Source of the DNA: Blastocladiella emersonii ATCC 22665
Taxonomy: Eukaryota; Fungi; Blastocladiomycota
NCBI GenBank assembly: GCA_025594325.1
Contig: JANHCV010000015.1
Coordinates: 806,001-870,000 of the forward strand
Direction: 5' to 3'
Length of the DNA: 64,000 bases
Each line of letters opens with the position of its first letter. The first letter of the stretch is position 1. Below are positions 21,806 through 32,887 of the stretch, one piece after another. A program made the position numbers and the translations under genes. The notes under the pieces were generated by a model. It saw nothing but the letters and a program-made list of their open reading frames with translations, was not told where the DNA came from and did no database searches.

Positions 21806-23506
21806 ATGGCCAAGTCGTCCAAGTCGTCCAAGGGCTCCAAGGCCGCCGCCCCCGCCGCCGAGGCCGCGGTCCCGTCGATCGTCGACCGGCTCAAGGCCAA
21901 GTCGGACGCCTCGGCCGAGTCCTCGTCCTCGGACAAGAAGGACAAGTCCAAGAAGAAGGACAAGAAGGAGAAGAAGGAGAAGAAGCGCAAGGCCGACGCC
22001 GAGCCCGAGGAGGCGGTGCCCGCGCCCGCGGCCAAGAAGTCCAAGCAGGCCAACGGGTCGGCCGCGCCGACCGCGTCCAAGTCGGGCCAGTGGACCTACT
22101 CGGAGCACCCCGAGGTCGAGGCCATGACCATCGAGGAGGTCCAGGCCTACTACGAGTCCAACAACATGACCATCGAGGGCCACGACGGCGAGTGCTTCAA
22201 GCCGCTCGCCAACTTTGCCCACACGGGCCTGCCCAAGGACATTCTCGACGTGGTCGCCAGCTTCGACAAGCCGACGCCCATCCAGGCCGCGTCGTGGCCC
22301 ATTGCCCTGCGCAAGCGCGACCTGATCGCCATCGCGCAGACGGGCTCGGGCAAGACGTTCGGCTTCACGATGCCCGCGCTCATCCACGTGCGCAACACGC
22401 TGGCCAACCCCGCCACGGCCAAGCGCCCCAACAACGCGCCTGTCGTCCTCGTCGTGCTGCCGACGCGCGAGCTCGCCATGCAGGTGCACGCCGTCGCCGA
22501 GGAGGCCGGCAAGTGCTGCAACATGCGCAGCGTGTGCGTGTACGGCGGTGTGCCCAAGTACGAGCAGCTGTCGGCGCTCACGGCCCACGGCGGCGCCCAC
22601 TTTGTCGTCGGCACCCCCGGCCGCCTCGTCGACATGGCCGTCAACGACCAGTCGCTCGACCTCAGCCAGGTCTCGCTCGTCGTCCTCGACGAGGCCGACC
22701 GCATGCTCGACCTCGGCTTCGAGAAGGACGTGCGCGCCCTGCTCAGCGCGTGCAAGGACAAGAAGGACCGCCACACGCTCATGTTCTCGGCGACCTGGCC
22801 TACGTCCGTGCGCAAGCTCGCGGCCGAGTTCCTCGTCGACCCCGTCAAGCTGACCATTGGCGACGACGAGCTCGCCGCCTCGCACACGGTCACGCAGGTG
22901 GTCGAGGTGCTCAGCGACAAGATGAACAACCACCAGGGCAAGGAGCGCCGCCTGCTCGACCTGCTCAAGAAGTACCAGAAGGGCAAGGCCAGCACCAAGG
23001 TGCTCGTGTTCGCGCTGTATAAGAAGGAGGCGCAGCGGCTCGAGGACGCGCTGCGCCGCGCCGGGTACAACGTCGAGGGCATCCACGGCGACAAGAACCA
23101 GTCGGTGCGCACCAACGCGCTGCAGCGGTTCCGCGACGGCACCTCGCCCATCCTCGTCGCCACCGACGTGGCCGCCCGCGGCCTCGACATCCCCAACGTC
23201 GAGTACGTGATCAACGTCACGTTCCCGCTCACCATCGAGGACTACGTGCACCGCATCGGCCGTACCGGTCGCGCCGGCAAGAAGGGCACCTCGCACACGC
23301 TCTTCACCGTCACCGACAAGGCCCACTCGGGCTCGCTCATCAACGTGCTCCGCCAGGCCAACCAGGAGGTCCCCGAGGACCTGCTCAAGTTCGGCACCAC
23401 CGTCAAGCGCAAGGAGCACTCGGCGTACGGCGCCTTCTTCAAGGACGTGGACGCCTCGGCCAAGGCCACCATGATCAAGTTCGACAACTCGGACGACGAC
23501 GAGTAA
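21806..23506 (+). CDS. DBP3: DEAD-box RNA helicase Dbp3 (rRNA processing)
   Basis: Q motif PTPIQ, TGSGKT, PTRELA, DEAD, SAT and HRIGRTGR motifs; K-rich N-terminus; Dbp3-type tail KFGTTVKRKEHSAYGAFFK. Confidence 0.95.
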   Translation: MAKSSKSSKGSKAAAPAAEAAVPSIVDRLKAKSDASAESSSSDKKDKSKKKDKKEKKEKKRKADAEPEEAVPAPAAKKSKQANGSAAPTASKSGQWTYSEHPEVEAMTIEEVQAYYESNNMTIEGHDGECFKPLANFAHTGLPKDILDVVASFDKPTPIQAASWPIALRKRDLIAIAQTGSGKTFGFTMPALIHVRNTLANPATAKRPNNAPVVLVVLPTRELAMQVHAVAEEAGKCCNMRSVCVYGGVPKYEQLSALTAHGGAHFVVGTPGRLVDMAVNDQSLDLSQVSLVVLDEADRMLDLGFEKDVRALLSACKDKKDRHTLMFSATWPTSVRKLAAEFLVDPVKLTIGDDELAASHTVTQVVEVLSDKMNNHQGKERRLLDLLKKYQKGKASTKVLVFALYKKEAQRLEDALRRAGYNVEGIHGDKNQSVRTNALQRFRDGTSPILVATDVAARGLDIPNVEYVINVTFPLTIEDYVHRIGRTGRAGKKGTSHTLFTVTDKAHSGSLINVLRQANQEVPEDLLKFGTTVKRKEHSAYGAFFKDVDASAKATMIKFDNSDDDE

Positions 23507-23714
23507 CCGTGTCGCACTCCTCGCTACTAGTACTGCCTCTTTAGTGTAAATAGATCTCCTCATTAGTCTTCCCCGCTTCCTTCCTGCTTCGCAACGGGTC
23601 ACAGGAGCGCATGCGCCTCGAGCACACTCGCCCGGTGGCGCGGCTTGAGCCTGGAGCTCCTCTATGGCGAACACACTTTCCTTGCCATCAAACACTTCCA
23701 TGAAGCACTCCTGA

Positions 23715-24317
23715 CTTGTTGCAATCGACTTCAGCAACGTCGACCCGGCCACGCTCGCCTATCTCGACGAGGTCAGAAAGGGGTTTGCCGAGTGGGACCG
23801 AAAGTTGGCCGAACTGGATCGCGAGACGCCCGACTCCTCCGTCTACACGCCGTGGACCGAACCCCGAGCGGAACCCGTCATTGATTGCCGTGGCGAAGAC
23901 GAAACGACCATCGAGGGGCTCAAAGCCACCGTCGCTTTCATGGCAGGCGACGATCCGGCGCTCCGCGAGGCGTACCTGAGCGACTTCGGACTCGCTGCTT
24001 TCCAGGCGCACGCACCCGCGCCCGCGGCTCCGCCTCGCGCCTCCGCGGCGGGTCAGACTGGCCGTCCCCGCTCGAGTGCCCTTGGAACCGATATGCACCC
24101 CGGCATAGCGTCCCTTTACACCCAGTTCGTTCAGGAGACTCGCGCCAAGGCGGCCATTGCGCCCAGTCGAGTACCGTCTGCTTCCAGCGCTTCCAGCACT
24201 TCCAGCACTTCCAGCACTCTCCCAGCTGAACGCCGCTCGCGCCCTCGCTGGGTCCCGCGTCGCAAACCGGCCGCGGCGGGTGTCAGATCCAGTACGCCTC
24301 AACAGCCCGGGGACTAA
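23715..24317 (+). CDS. orphan ORF, possibly the 3' exon or fragment of a gene
   Basis: Open frame from ~23715 (DFSNVDPATLAYLDEVRKGFAEWDRKLAEL...) with no in-frame ATG near its 5' end; contains a 9-bp repeat (TTCCAGCAC)x4 at ~24182-24217. Confidence 0.35.
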   Translation, partial: LVAIDFSNVDPATLAYLDEVRKGFAEWDRKLAELDRETPDSSVYTPWTEPRAEPVIDCRGEDETTIEGLKATVAFMAGDDPALREAYLSDFGLAAFQAHAPAPAAPPRASAAGQTGRPRSSALGTDMHPGIASLYTQFVQETRAKAAIAPSRVPSASSASSTSSTSSTLPAERRSRPRWVPRRKPAAAGVRSSTPQQPGD

Positions 24318-25670
24318 TAGGAGGCAGCAGACTTGCGCGCGGTCTCTCAGAAAGTTGCGGAATAAACTCGCTTGCTACGGCGGTCAACTCGCACACTTCG
24401 GCCTCAACACCTGCAGGTCAAGGGCTCGACGCTGTCGTGCACGGAGAGTCGAGCAGAGAGCGGCATGAAGGTGAGTGGCTTTGCTGGCGAGTGCTGAGAA
24501 GGCTACCGTCGCGGCTAGAGTTCACAGGGCGAAAGGGTGCACCCAGGCTCGAGGGAAAACGCTCAAACGAGTAAAAGTCCGGCAGAGTGGGGCCATAAAC
24601 ATCAGCGAGGTAAGTTGAAGAAAGAAGACGAGCTCTACGCGGCCAAACGAGAGCTCCGAGGGAAGTGAAGGGGCTACCTTTGGGATCGGCGAACAGCGGA
24701 TGTGGTCGCGAAAGCGCGCGACTCACCTCACGTGTGCGTGAAACGCGACGCGTCGACGCGTTTTTCGAAGCGTTGCTCCTTGTTCGCGGCTCGCCAACTT
24801 GTTACTCGGCGCAAGTTGCTCTCCTAGCTGCCCCCGAGAGAAGTGGGCAACGCGTGCTCGCGCCTCGGGAGGGAAAACAGGGCTACGGCGCTGGAGGTGA
24901 CCACGAGTGCGTCCGCTCTCTATAGCGTCCCAGTCCCATTCAATGTATCATATTGAAGCCAAAGTCAAGAAGGAAAGCGCATGGAATTGAGAACTGGATG
25001 GTCGCCACGCTAGTGCGAAGCGAGGGTGGACGGTGAGCGAGGACGGAGTTGACGAGGACCGGGCTCGGATCTCGACGCGTCGAACGGGTCCGTCTGTGGC
25101 GGTGCTTCAATACCTCAGCCAGCGGCGACCATCCGCAGCTCGGCAACCTGGTGCTTTTGAAGTATCCCAGTCAACACGAAGCTGTGCCATATCGGATGTG
25201 CCATATCGGCTGCTCCTCATGCCACTAGTTACGACCCTTCAGTAGGCAGCTACACGCGCGACTGACTGACCTCCGCCGCGCATTCCCAGCTAGTTTGCGT
25301 CCGAAACTATCGTCAGAGCTTGTATGCCACGGGCGGCGAGGTGAGTGTGTGTCCGGCGCGCGATACCCCGAGGTCGGGGCACGCGACCAAGCGTGATTTC
25401 TCGACGCGTCTCGCGCGTCTCGCGTCTGCCACGTGCCGCTGCCGCTGCCTCCCGCGGTCGCGAGACACGGCGACGCGTCGCGTCGCGCCGGGCAACGGTG
25501 CTCGCAAGGTGCTTGTTTCGCGGCCACCTCGCGATACCGTGGCCAGCTCGCCGCCCCGCGGTGCGGAGGCCCCGTGCTGCTGCTGCTGCCCGCACGCCCC
25601 CGCAAAAACGCACGCCGGCCTCGCAACCTTCTCCTCTCTCTTCGCCTCGTGCTATCCTCGTCGTTAGCCC

Positions 25671-27769
25671 ATGAAATCCATACCCGGACTCCAGTCCTCC
25701 ATGCCCGCCCAACAGCAACTGAACAACCTCCGTCGCGACCAACCGACCGCCGCCAACATGAACCGCCTCGTCCTGCTCTTTCTGACGTGGGGCCTCGCCC
25801 TGTTCGTCTACTTCGCCATGGACGGCTCGCGCACCGCCGGCCACCTCCTCGCCATGCACGCCACGTCGGCGCCCGTGGGTGAGCTGCCCACCTCCACCTT
25901 TGCCGACATCCGCCCGCTTCCCGCCGCAACTCCCTGCAACGAGCACCACCAGTGCCTCCCCTTCCTCCGCCCTCTCCTCGACCACGATACCGAGTACCGC
26001 GGCCATGATGGCTACGCGCACTTTCGCCGGCACTGCGCCCGGACCGTCCTCTCGGCGCTCTTCGGTACGTTACACTGCGCACCATTATCACCTGATCCTT
26101 GCCCTCGCCGACGCGACCGCGTTCGCATTCTGTCCTGTGTGGTGGTCCCGTCGTGCGGGGTGCCCGAAGTAGCGCTCTGCGAGACGCGTCGCGTCCGACG
26201 CGTCTCACGCGGGAGACACTCCGCATGTGGACGCTGCACGCGTCGCGTCAGCCTTCCGCCCACCTCTCTTCTCCTCTCCTCACCTCTTCTCTTCCTCTGA
26301 CCCACACCCGGCCTTGTACTCACACACCATGCAACGCAGACAAGATCATGGGCCGACCTGTTCATGCCGCCGCTGCCGGCCGGCCTGCCGCCTTCCGATT
26401 CGCTGCCGTCTACGGACCAAAACTCGCCGTCGGTCTGCTCGTCATCGCCATCATTGCCAGCCAGGCCCTCCTCGTCTACTTTGCCGCCGTGCTCGTGCTC
26501 CGCGCCGCGGGGGCCGCCGACTCGCGCGTCACCCGCATGTGCGCCTACTACTTCTCGCGCAACAACATCATCACCAACAAGGCCGTCCCCGCGATCGGCT
26601 CGATCGCAGCCAAGCCGGCCGCCGTAATTGGCTCGGTCTCCGTCAAGATCGATACCATGCCCTGCTACTCGCCCGCTGCAGCGCCGGCTGCCGTGCACGG
26701 TTCGTCCGACGTCAAGATCGACACGATCCACTTCTCGCCCGCCGTCAAGCCGACCGCCATGAACGGCTCGATCGTTGCCAAGGTCGAAATTATCCACGAC
26801 TCGCTCGCCGCGATGCCGGTCGCCGCTGAGAGCGAGACCATCAGCTACTCGTCTGCCGCCGAGCCGGTGACCGTGAAGGCCGCCGCCTCCGCCACCGAGC
26901 TCGAGACGGTCCCCGTCGGCAAGCTCGACTCGTTTGTCGACGTCGAGCGTACCGCCACGATCGTCACCGCTACTGCTACCACCACGACGAACGCCACCGC
27001 GTCGTCCAGCTCGCCCTCCCTCGTCCCGCTGCTCTCGCCGTCCCCGCCGCGGCCCGTTCAGCTGATCGAGCCGACCGCCGTCGTCGTCGCCGCCGAATGC
27101 GGCTACCAGCCGGCGCCTGTTCCCGTTCTCGCGGTGGCTCCCGAGACCGACATGACGTCGCCGGTCTGCTTGTCGACCCAGCCCGAGCTCCTTGTCCACG
27201 CTCCCGTCGCTGTCGCGCGCCCCTCCACCCCGAACACCGTCTCGCCCTACCTCACGATCCAGCCCAAGTTTGCCGCCATCCGCATGAACGAGCGCGACTA
27301 CGTCCCGAACAACGTGTCGCTCTTCCTCGACATGTGCGAGGCCGAGGCGCTCTGCTTCTCGAGCGACGAGGAAGACGACGATGACGAGGAGTGCAGCTAC
27401 TACAGCGGCAAGCGCGGCCAGTTGCGCAAGACGGGCGGCGCCAACGCGAGGCCAACCGTCCTCGCCAAGGCGTCCGCCGCCCACCACCGCCTGCTGCCGA
27501 CGCTGGCCCCCGCGCACGAGGCCGGCTCCTCGCTCCCGTCCTCGTCTTCGCCGTCGGCCCGCACAATCGGCAAGGGCAAGGGCAAGCAGACCGTCAAGAA
27601 GGCGGCGATCGAGATGCCCGCCATCGCCGCGGCCGCGGCCGCCGTCACGCACCCGTCGTCTCCGCCCGCCTCCTTTGACTCGAGCCCGAATGACGATGGC
27701 GAGTACGTGCGCGTCGAGAAGGACGTGCTCGAGTGGGACATTGTGGTCGCCTCCGACCTCGCCCGCTGA
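25671..27769 (+). CDS. membrane-anchored low-complexity (A/P/S/T/V-rich) protein; probably truncated by a premature stop
   Basis: TM-like segments LVLLFLTWGLALFVYFAM and LAVGLLVIAIIASQALLVYFAAVLVL. A possible intron 26065-26339 joins the two ORFs in frame; an independent start at 26348 is the alternative. Confidence 0.55.
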
Positions 27770-28530
27770 TCGTATCTCGACCCGTCGCCAACATCAACGG
27801 TACGCGCCTCGCTCGCCGCTCCCCCTCAGAAGCAGCTCACTGACGTCGCGACTTCGTGCTTGTAGGTTTCTCGACCAACTACATTTCTTTGCTACCCGCA
27901 CTCCCACCATCATCCGAAAACCTACACCGACATCGACTTTGCCTCGCTCCGCAACTGCTCATGACGCGCGCGGTCACACCCGCGACTCGTGCTCGCGGTC
28001 CATCCCGCGAGCCCCATCTACGACTACTCTGCTGCGACACTACAGCACATTCTCGACATTCTCGACTTCATCAACGACGCGGCTGGGATCGGTACGCACG
28101 TCGCATTTCCGCGTCTGATGGACGGCCGGAAGCTGACTCTTCGTTCGCGCAGGTACCGACTGTACTTTGACCCGGCCATCGACATCAACGACTCTGATCG
28201 TCGACTTTAAGAACGCAGGCGACTTCCTCTACCGCCTCAACTACGACTACATTGACTTCTGCGGCACCAAGACCACGGCGCCAGCGACAACAACGCCCGG
28301 AAAACTACACGGAACCAACATTGACGACTCAAGAACGACATGTACCACTACTTTAGACTCGACGACTCTCAACTTTGGTACGTCCTCTCCCATTATGCGT
28401 CCGCGACAGGCGACACGCAACTGACCTCGCGACATCCGTTTGTACAGAAGCAACACTTCCCGCTCGACTTCCGCCACTCTACTACTACGGCGGCGCTAAA
28501 CAACTACTAGACCAAAACTACATCTCCGTT
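27770..28530 (+). pseudogene. decayed multi-exon 3' continuation of the 25671-27769 gene
   Basis: Three canonical introns (27800-27865, 28092-28152, 28378-28447). The frame reads through TGA at 27767 into the first exon in phase, with another TGA at 27962. Confidence 0.5.
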
Positions 28531-28839
28531 ACCTCGGCCAAGACTCGACGCACGTGCGTCCACGACTCTCAATACACGCGACGTCGACCCGCGACTCGGC
28601 GGCGGCGGTGGCCACGCTCATCCCTCGTTCAGGGTCACGGGCCGACTTGCACTGTTCCTGACCGCGCTGCTCAGCTCGGGAATTTCCGTTGGTTTCGTCG
28701 TGCGGGCGTGTACATTCCCCAGTAAAATCAAATGTAAAACAATTTATAATGAAGCAAAACAATTCATCCTCTCGCACACTGCCGCTCTCCTGGAAAGCGT
28801 GTTCGCGGCAATCAGAAGTGGAGCGGGTCGACGGCACTG

Positions 28840-31800
28840 CTAGCAGTCGAGTTCGATGATCCGCTCGTCCGCGATCCCAATGTCTAGTTCCTCGTCGCCG
28901 GCGGCTCCAATTGAACTGGCGGCATCTGGCGGCATCTGACGTGTAGAAGGGGAGCAAAAAACAGCGATGGAGCACATCCCTGATAGATTCAAAGCGCTCG
29001 CGATTCAAACCGGTGCTGTCCAAACTAGTGACTGGTGGCACGGACCCGATGCTCAGAGAGACCCAACTGATGAAACATTGCGCGAATTTGAACGGGATGC
29101 TGATGCGCAATTTCTGCGTTTCCGCGGTGGCGAGCGAGTGGGACATAAAGGGCAAGTACGCCTTCGCTATGAGAGGGTTCATCTCGGGGGGTACTAATCC
29201 CCAAGCTTCGGCATGTACAGGGCTAGGAAGAAGAGTCGCATCAAGGACGGGTGTGGGTGCGCAGTCGGGTCGGTGAGCTGGAATCACAAAGACGCGATTC
29301 AGTAGCAGGATCGCAAGGTCGTCCTCGCTGCCGTCCCAAGCAATCTCGACCAATCGGACTTGTGCCGCTGCGGCACGCAAGAGCCGCGCTGCCATGTACG
29401 CCAAGAATTTCATTCGTTCCTCAGCGGATGGAACCGTTTGGATCTGCGACGACGCTTGGAGGCAAATGCTTTCGTCTGGCTGTACGACCGAGTGCACATT
29501 CTCGAGAGCGACATTGCACCAAAAGGTGTGTGCGGCATCAGATGACACGTGCGAGCAGTCAGGAAGGTTGGGAATGTGCGAGGACTTGGCAAGCCTGTTC
29601 GCTCCCAACGACATCTGACGTGATGCCGTCACGGTCACGCGGCGGAGGTTGCGCTGCGTTGTGATGGTCAGTGCCTCAACCTGACTCGAGAGTCGGTAAG
29701 CTTGCGGGATCCCACTAACAAGCAGGTCGACAGCACCGGTTATGGCAAAGCGATCAGCCGCTGGTCGCGGTTTGACCACTGCGAGCAGCTTGTCTTGCGG
29801 GAGCGTAAGGACGAGCTGGATTGATGCAGCGTCTTCGGTCACACCAACGACAGGGAGGATTGGGCGTTTTTGAAAGGTAAGACTGCTCGTCGATGAGGGA
29901 GTGAACCGATGTGCCTCGGAGTAGACCACGGCCTGGTCGAACGTACAAGAGAGTGAGCCAAACGGGACCCGAGTCAAGTCGATGGAAGAAAGTGAAAGCT
30001 GGGTTGTACCCGCCTGGGAATCATCCAGCGAAGAGCCAGTTAAGACGCGTTCAAGTCGTACGCGAGGCTGTAGGTGGGTGCAAGATTAAACAAGCTGGCG
30101 CGGAGCGTATGCTGCTACTCGCAGAGCCTGACCCGCGTCGATTCGAGTGATGCGCAGGCTCCGAAATTCGTGCACAAGCGAGCCGTCGTCAATCTCAAGC
30201 GTGACCAAGAGCGGCGCATCGGACAAGTCGCTCGGCAGCTCGTAAGTGCCCTCGACGAGGTACAGGTACAGGTCGTCGATCCGCGACTTGTCTGCATCCA
30301 CAGGAAAGCCGTAGAGTTGAACGTGAGCAAGAGTTTCGGAGATTGTCAAAGCCAGAAGCGGGTCACTTCTGAGCGCTATCCACAAATCGCACATGTCTGG
30401 CCAATGAGGCCGGTCAACGGCGGCCGATCCAGTCCACGAAATACGACCAGCCGCGAACGCAAATCCGAGGAGCTTGGCCAGCAACGCGCCAATCGAACTC
30501 GAGGATGCTACATGTGGAGATAGCGCAAGTAGGAGACCGTCAGCGCTACCACAGTGTGTCTAGCCGTGATCTAGCCTGCGCAAGGGACGTACCAAGGGTC
30601 AGATTGGATGTAACGGACAACGTCTCGCGCAACTGTTCGGCACAGTGGATTAACGTTTCGAGGAGGAACGGCGATTCCTTGAGTGCAATGGGCACGCTCG
30701 GAAAATCAAGCTTGACGAAGGTGAACGCCTCACAGATCCCACCGTCGTGCCGTTTCGCCAAGTTGGGTACAAGACGCAACACCTGCGCCGCCCAGTCGTC
30801 GCCCGTAGCGCGCTCCAAGTAAGTCACGCCCAGAAGCGTTGGGATTGCTTCCAGTGGAAGCCCAGTGGCACGACAAACGAACTCGTCGCGATTCGGTGCT
30901 ACTGAAGGAGCATTGTACGTTGCGGTGTAAATGACTGAGCGCACATTTTCGTCGTTGTTGGCAAGGAGCGGCGAAGCGTGGACAAGGAGGTTGAGCAGCC
31001 CGCATGTCTCCATGGTCGAGCCCGTGTGGATGGCGTGGAATCGCTGCTCGCGCGAAACCAGCGACTCCATCACCGCGAGCTGGTTGCCCGCGCAGAAAGC
31101 AATGCGGACCTGGAAGAGCGGGAGCACGTCCGACTTGTCCCACTCCGTGACGAGTGGATACTTGCCCGTACGTCGCGTCTCGCTCCCGGGACCAAAAACG
31201 GGCACAAGCGTGGCTAGGAGGGCAGCACCAGCTTGCTCCACTGCGTTGAAAGCCTCCTCGTTGAAGAGAGGGGTGAGAAAATCGACAACGTCCAAGACCG
31301 AGTGGCCGAATGGCGATGCAAACCGAAGCGAGCCGTCAGGGCAAACAAGGAGCATGGTCGCGTTGACGGTAGAGGTCGAATGACTTCCATCCCCCGTCCC
31401 TCCCGCCTTCGCTGACCATGTGCCGTCAGTGACGAAGAATTTCAAACCTTCTTGAATGTTGGAGGCATCGCCCGCAAGCAGCCGGTCCGCCCTTTCAGCA
31501 GCACCAAAGGTGTTGAGTGTATACCGTTCAACAGCGACCTGAGCATGGCTGCGGGATTCGGTAGGACTTCGCACGCCTGTGTAGTACGTTTCGCGGTCTG
31601 CATAGAGTTGCTCAACCGTCAAATCGCAAGCGAGCCACGAGTCCCAGCAGCGACGAACCGCGCGAAGCGTCGCCTCGTCAGTGACACGAATACGGGCCGT
31701 CGAGCGGTTCCAGTTGACGGCGAGGCAGGAACGCATTTGGTTGTCCCAGAAGGCGCGGGCCTCGACATCGAGTCGGAGCGAAAAGTAGAGCTGGCCAATG

Positions 31801-32201
31801 AACAGCGGTGAAGCGCGACCGTCTGCAAATTTGCCGCTCGAAATCGCGTGAAGCACCAACAAGTCGCGCGCAAGGACCTCGGGGTGCGTGTTGCTCAGCA
31901 CAAAGTTCAAGTCCGCGGTGCCGTACTTGCGCTTGGCCTCGCCGACCGTATGCGCAACGTCGCGCAGAGTGGCGCACTGGAGAGCGAGTACGTTGAGCTC
32001 ATCCGTGTCGCGCGGATTGTGGTACAAGAGCAGGTCGCTAGGCAAGGACTGGCCATAAGGATAGTACGGGTCCGATAAGTCGTTGCTGAGAAGCACGGGG
32101 CCCGAGACCGTCGGCGTAAAGGATGGTGCCGGGAGAGGCGATGCGGACGAAGAACCGCCGCTGCGGGACGCTTTGCCCGTAGTCTTGGACTTTTTCTTCA
32201 T
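28840..32201 (-). pseudogene. DUF4470-like paralog P1, inactivated
   Basis: YYPYG..DLL, HPEVLARDLLVL and QLYFSLRLD motifs. In-frame TAA at 30086-30088 (Q/E in paralogs). A 10-bp tandem duplication at 28917-28936 shifts the frame away from the conserved C-terminus EELDIGIADERIIELDC* (stop 28840). Confidence 0.75.
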
Positions 32202-32887
32202 CTGTTTTGCATGGAGTATGGGTAAAGCTCGAGAGCGAGAGCCCAAGCCTAGTCGACCGTTCAAGGGCTTTAGTCTGCGAGAGTTTGCGAAGTGTTCACG
32301 AGCATCAGCTGACCAAATCAGCGTCATCCGGATACTCGCCTCTGCTTTAACTTAACGCTGGGTGTATATTCTCGCGCATTTTTACGCTTCAAATAAGATT
32401 CAATGATCTATATGTTTATTCTATGTGGCAGCGTAACTCCAACTCTGCGGGCTGGCCGTGTTACTAGGAAGCGACATTCAATATGGTCGCGTACGTGGCA
32501 GCTAGGTCTTGGCGCGCTATCAGCGGCGTGAAAGACGTACGAGTCATCACCCGATGGTGCTACGCGAGGCGCTGGCGGCCACGGGATGTGAGGTGATGCT
32601 AGTGCTGACGCAAGGCGCAAGGTGTGGAATGCGTCCTTGTCGACCTAGAAGCTAATGCGCCTCGGTCTTAACCACCCGCTTCTTCGCTACTTGAGACATG
32701 GATTGGCGGGGAGCAAAAATCAGGATGATGACGACTGGACGACGAAGCTTCTTGCGTTTTCAACTCCAAGAACACCTGCAGTCTCGCATCACCCCTTTAT
32801 CAGCCAGCTCGAACACGGATAAAAAAAAAACGATCGAAAACCCATATCGATGTTGAACATGTACAAAACAAAGGTTTGGAGCTGCTA

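Noticed and set aside
21557-23752. 731-aa minus-strand ORF, and similar long antisense ORFs at 5-1705, 26012-27652, 46788-49055 and 50266-51135
   Set aside because: They are codon-register shadows of DBP3, the bHLH gene, the membrane gene, the oxidoreductase and COX11 in high-GC3 DNA, with no motifs of their own.
28529-28839. C-terminal extension of P1 given by the ORF track
   Set aside because: It results from the 10-bp duplication frameshift; the homologous C-terminus ends at 28840.
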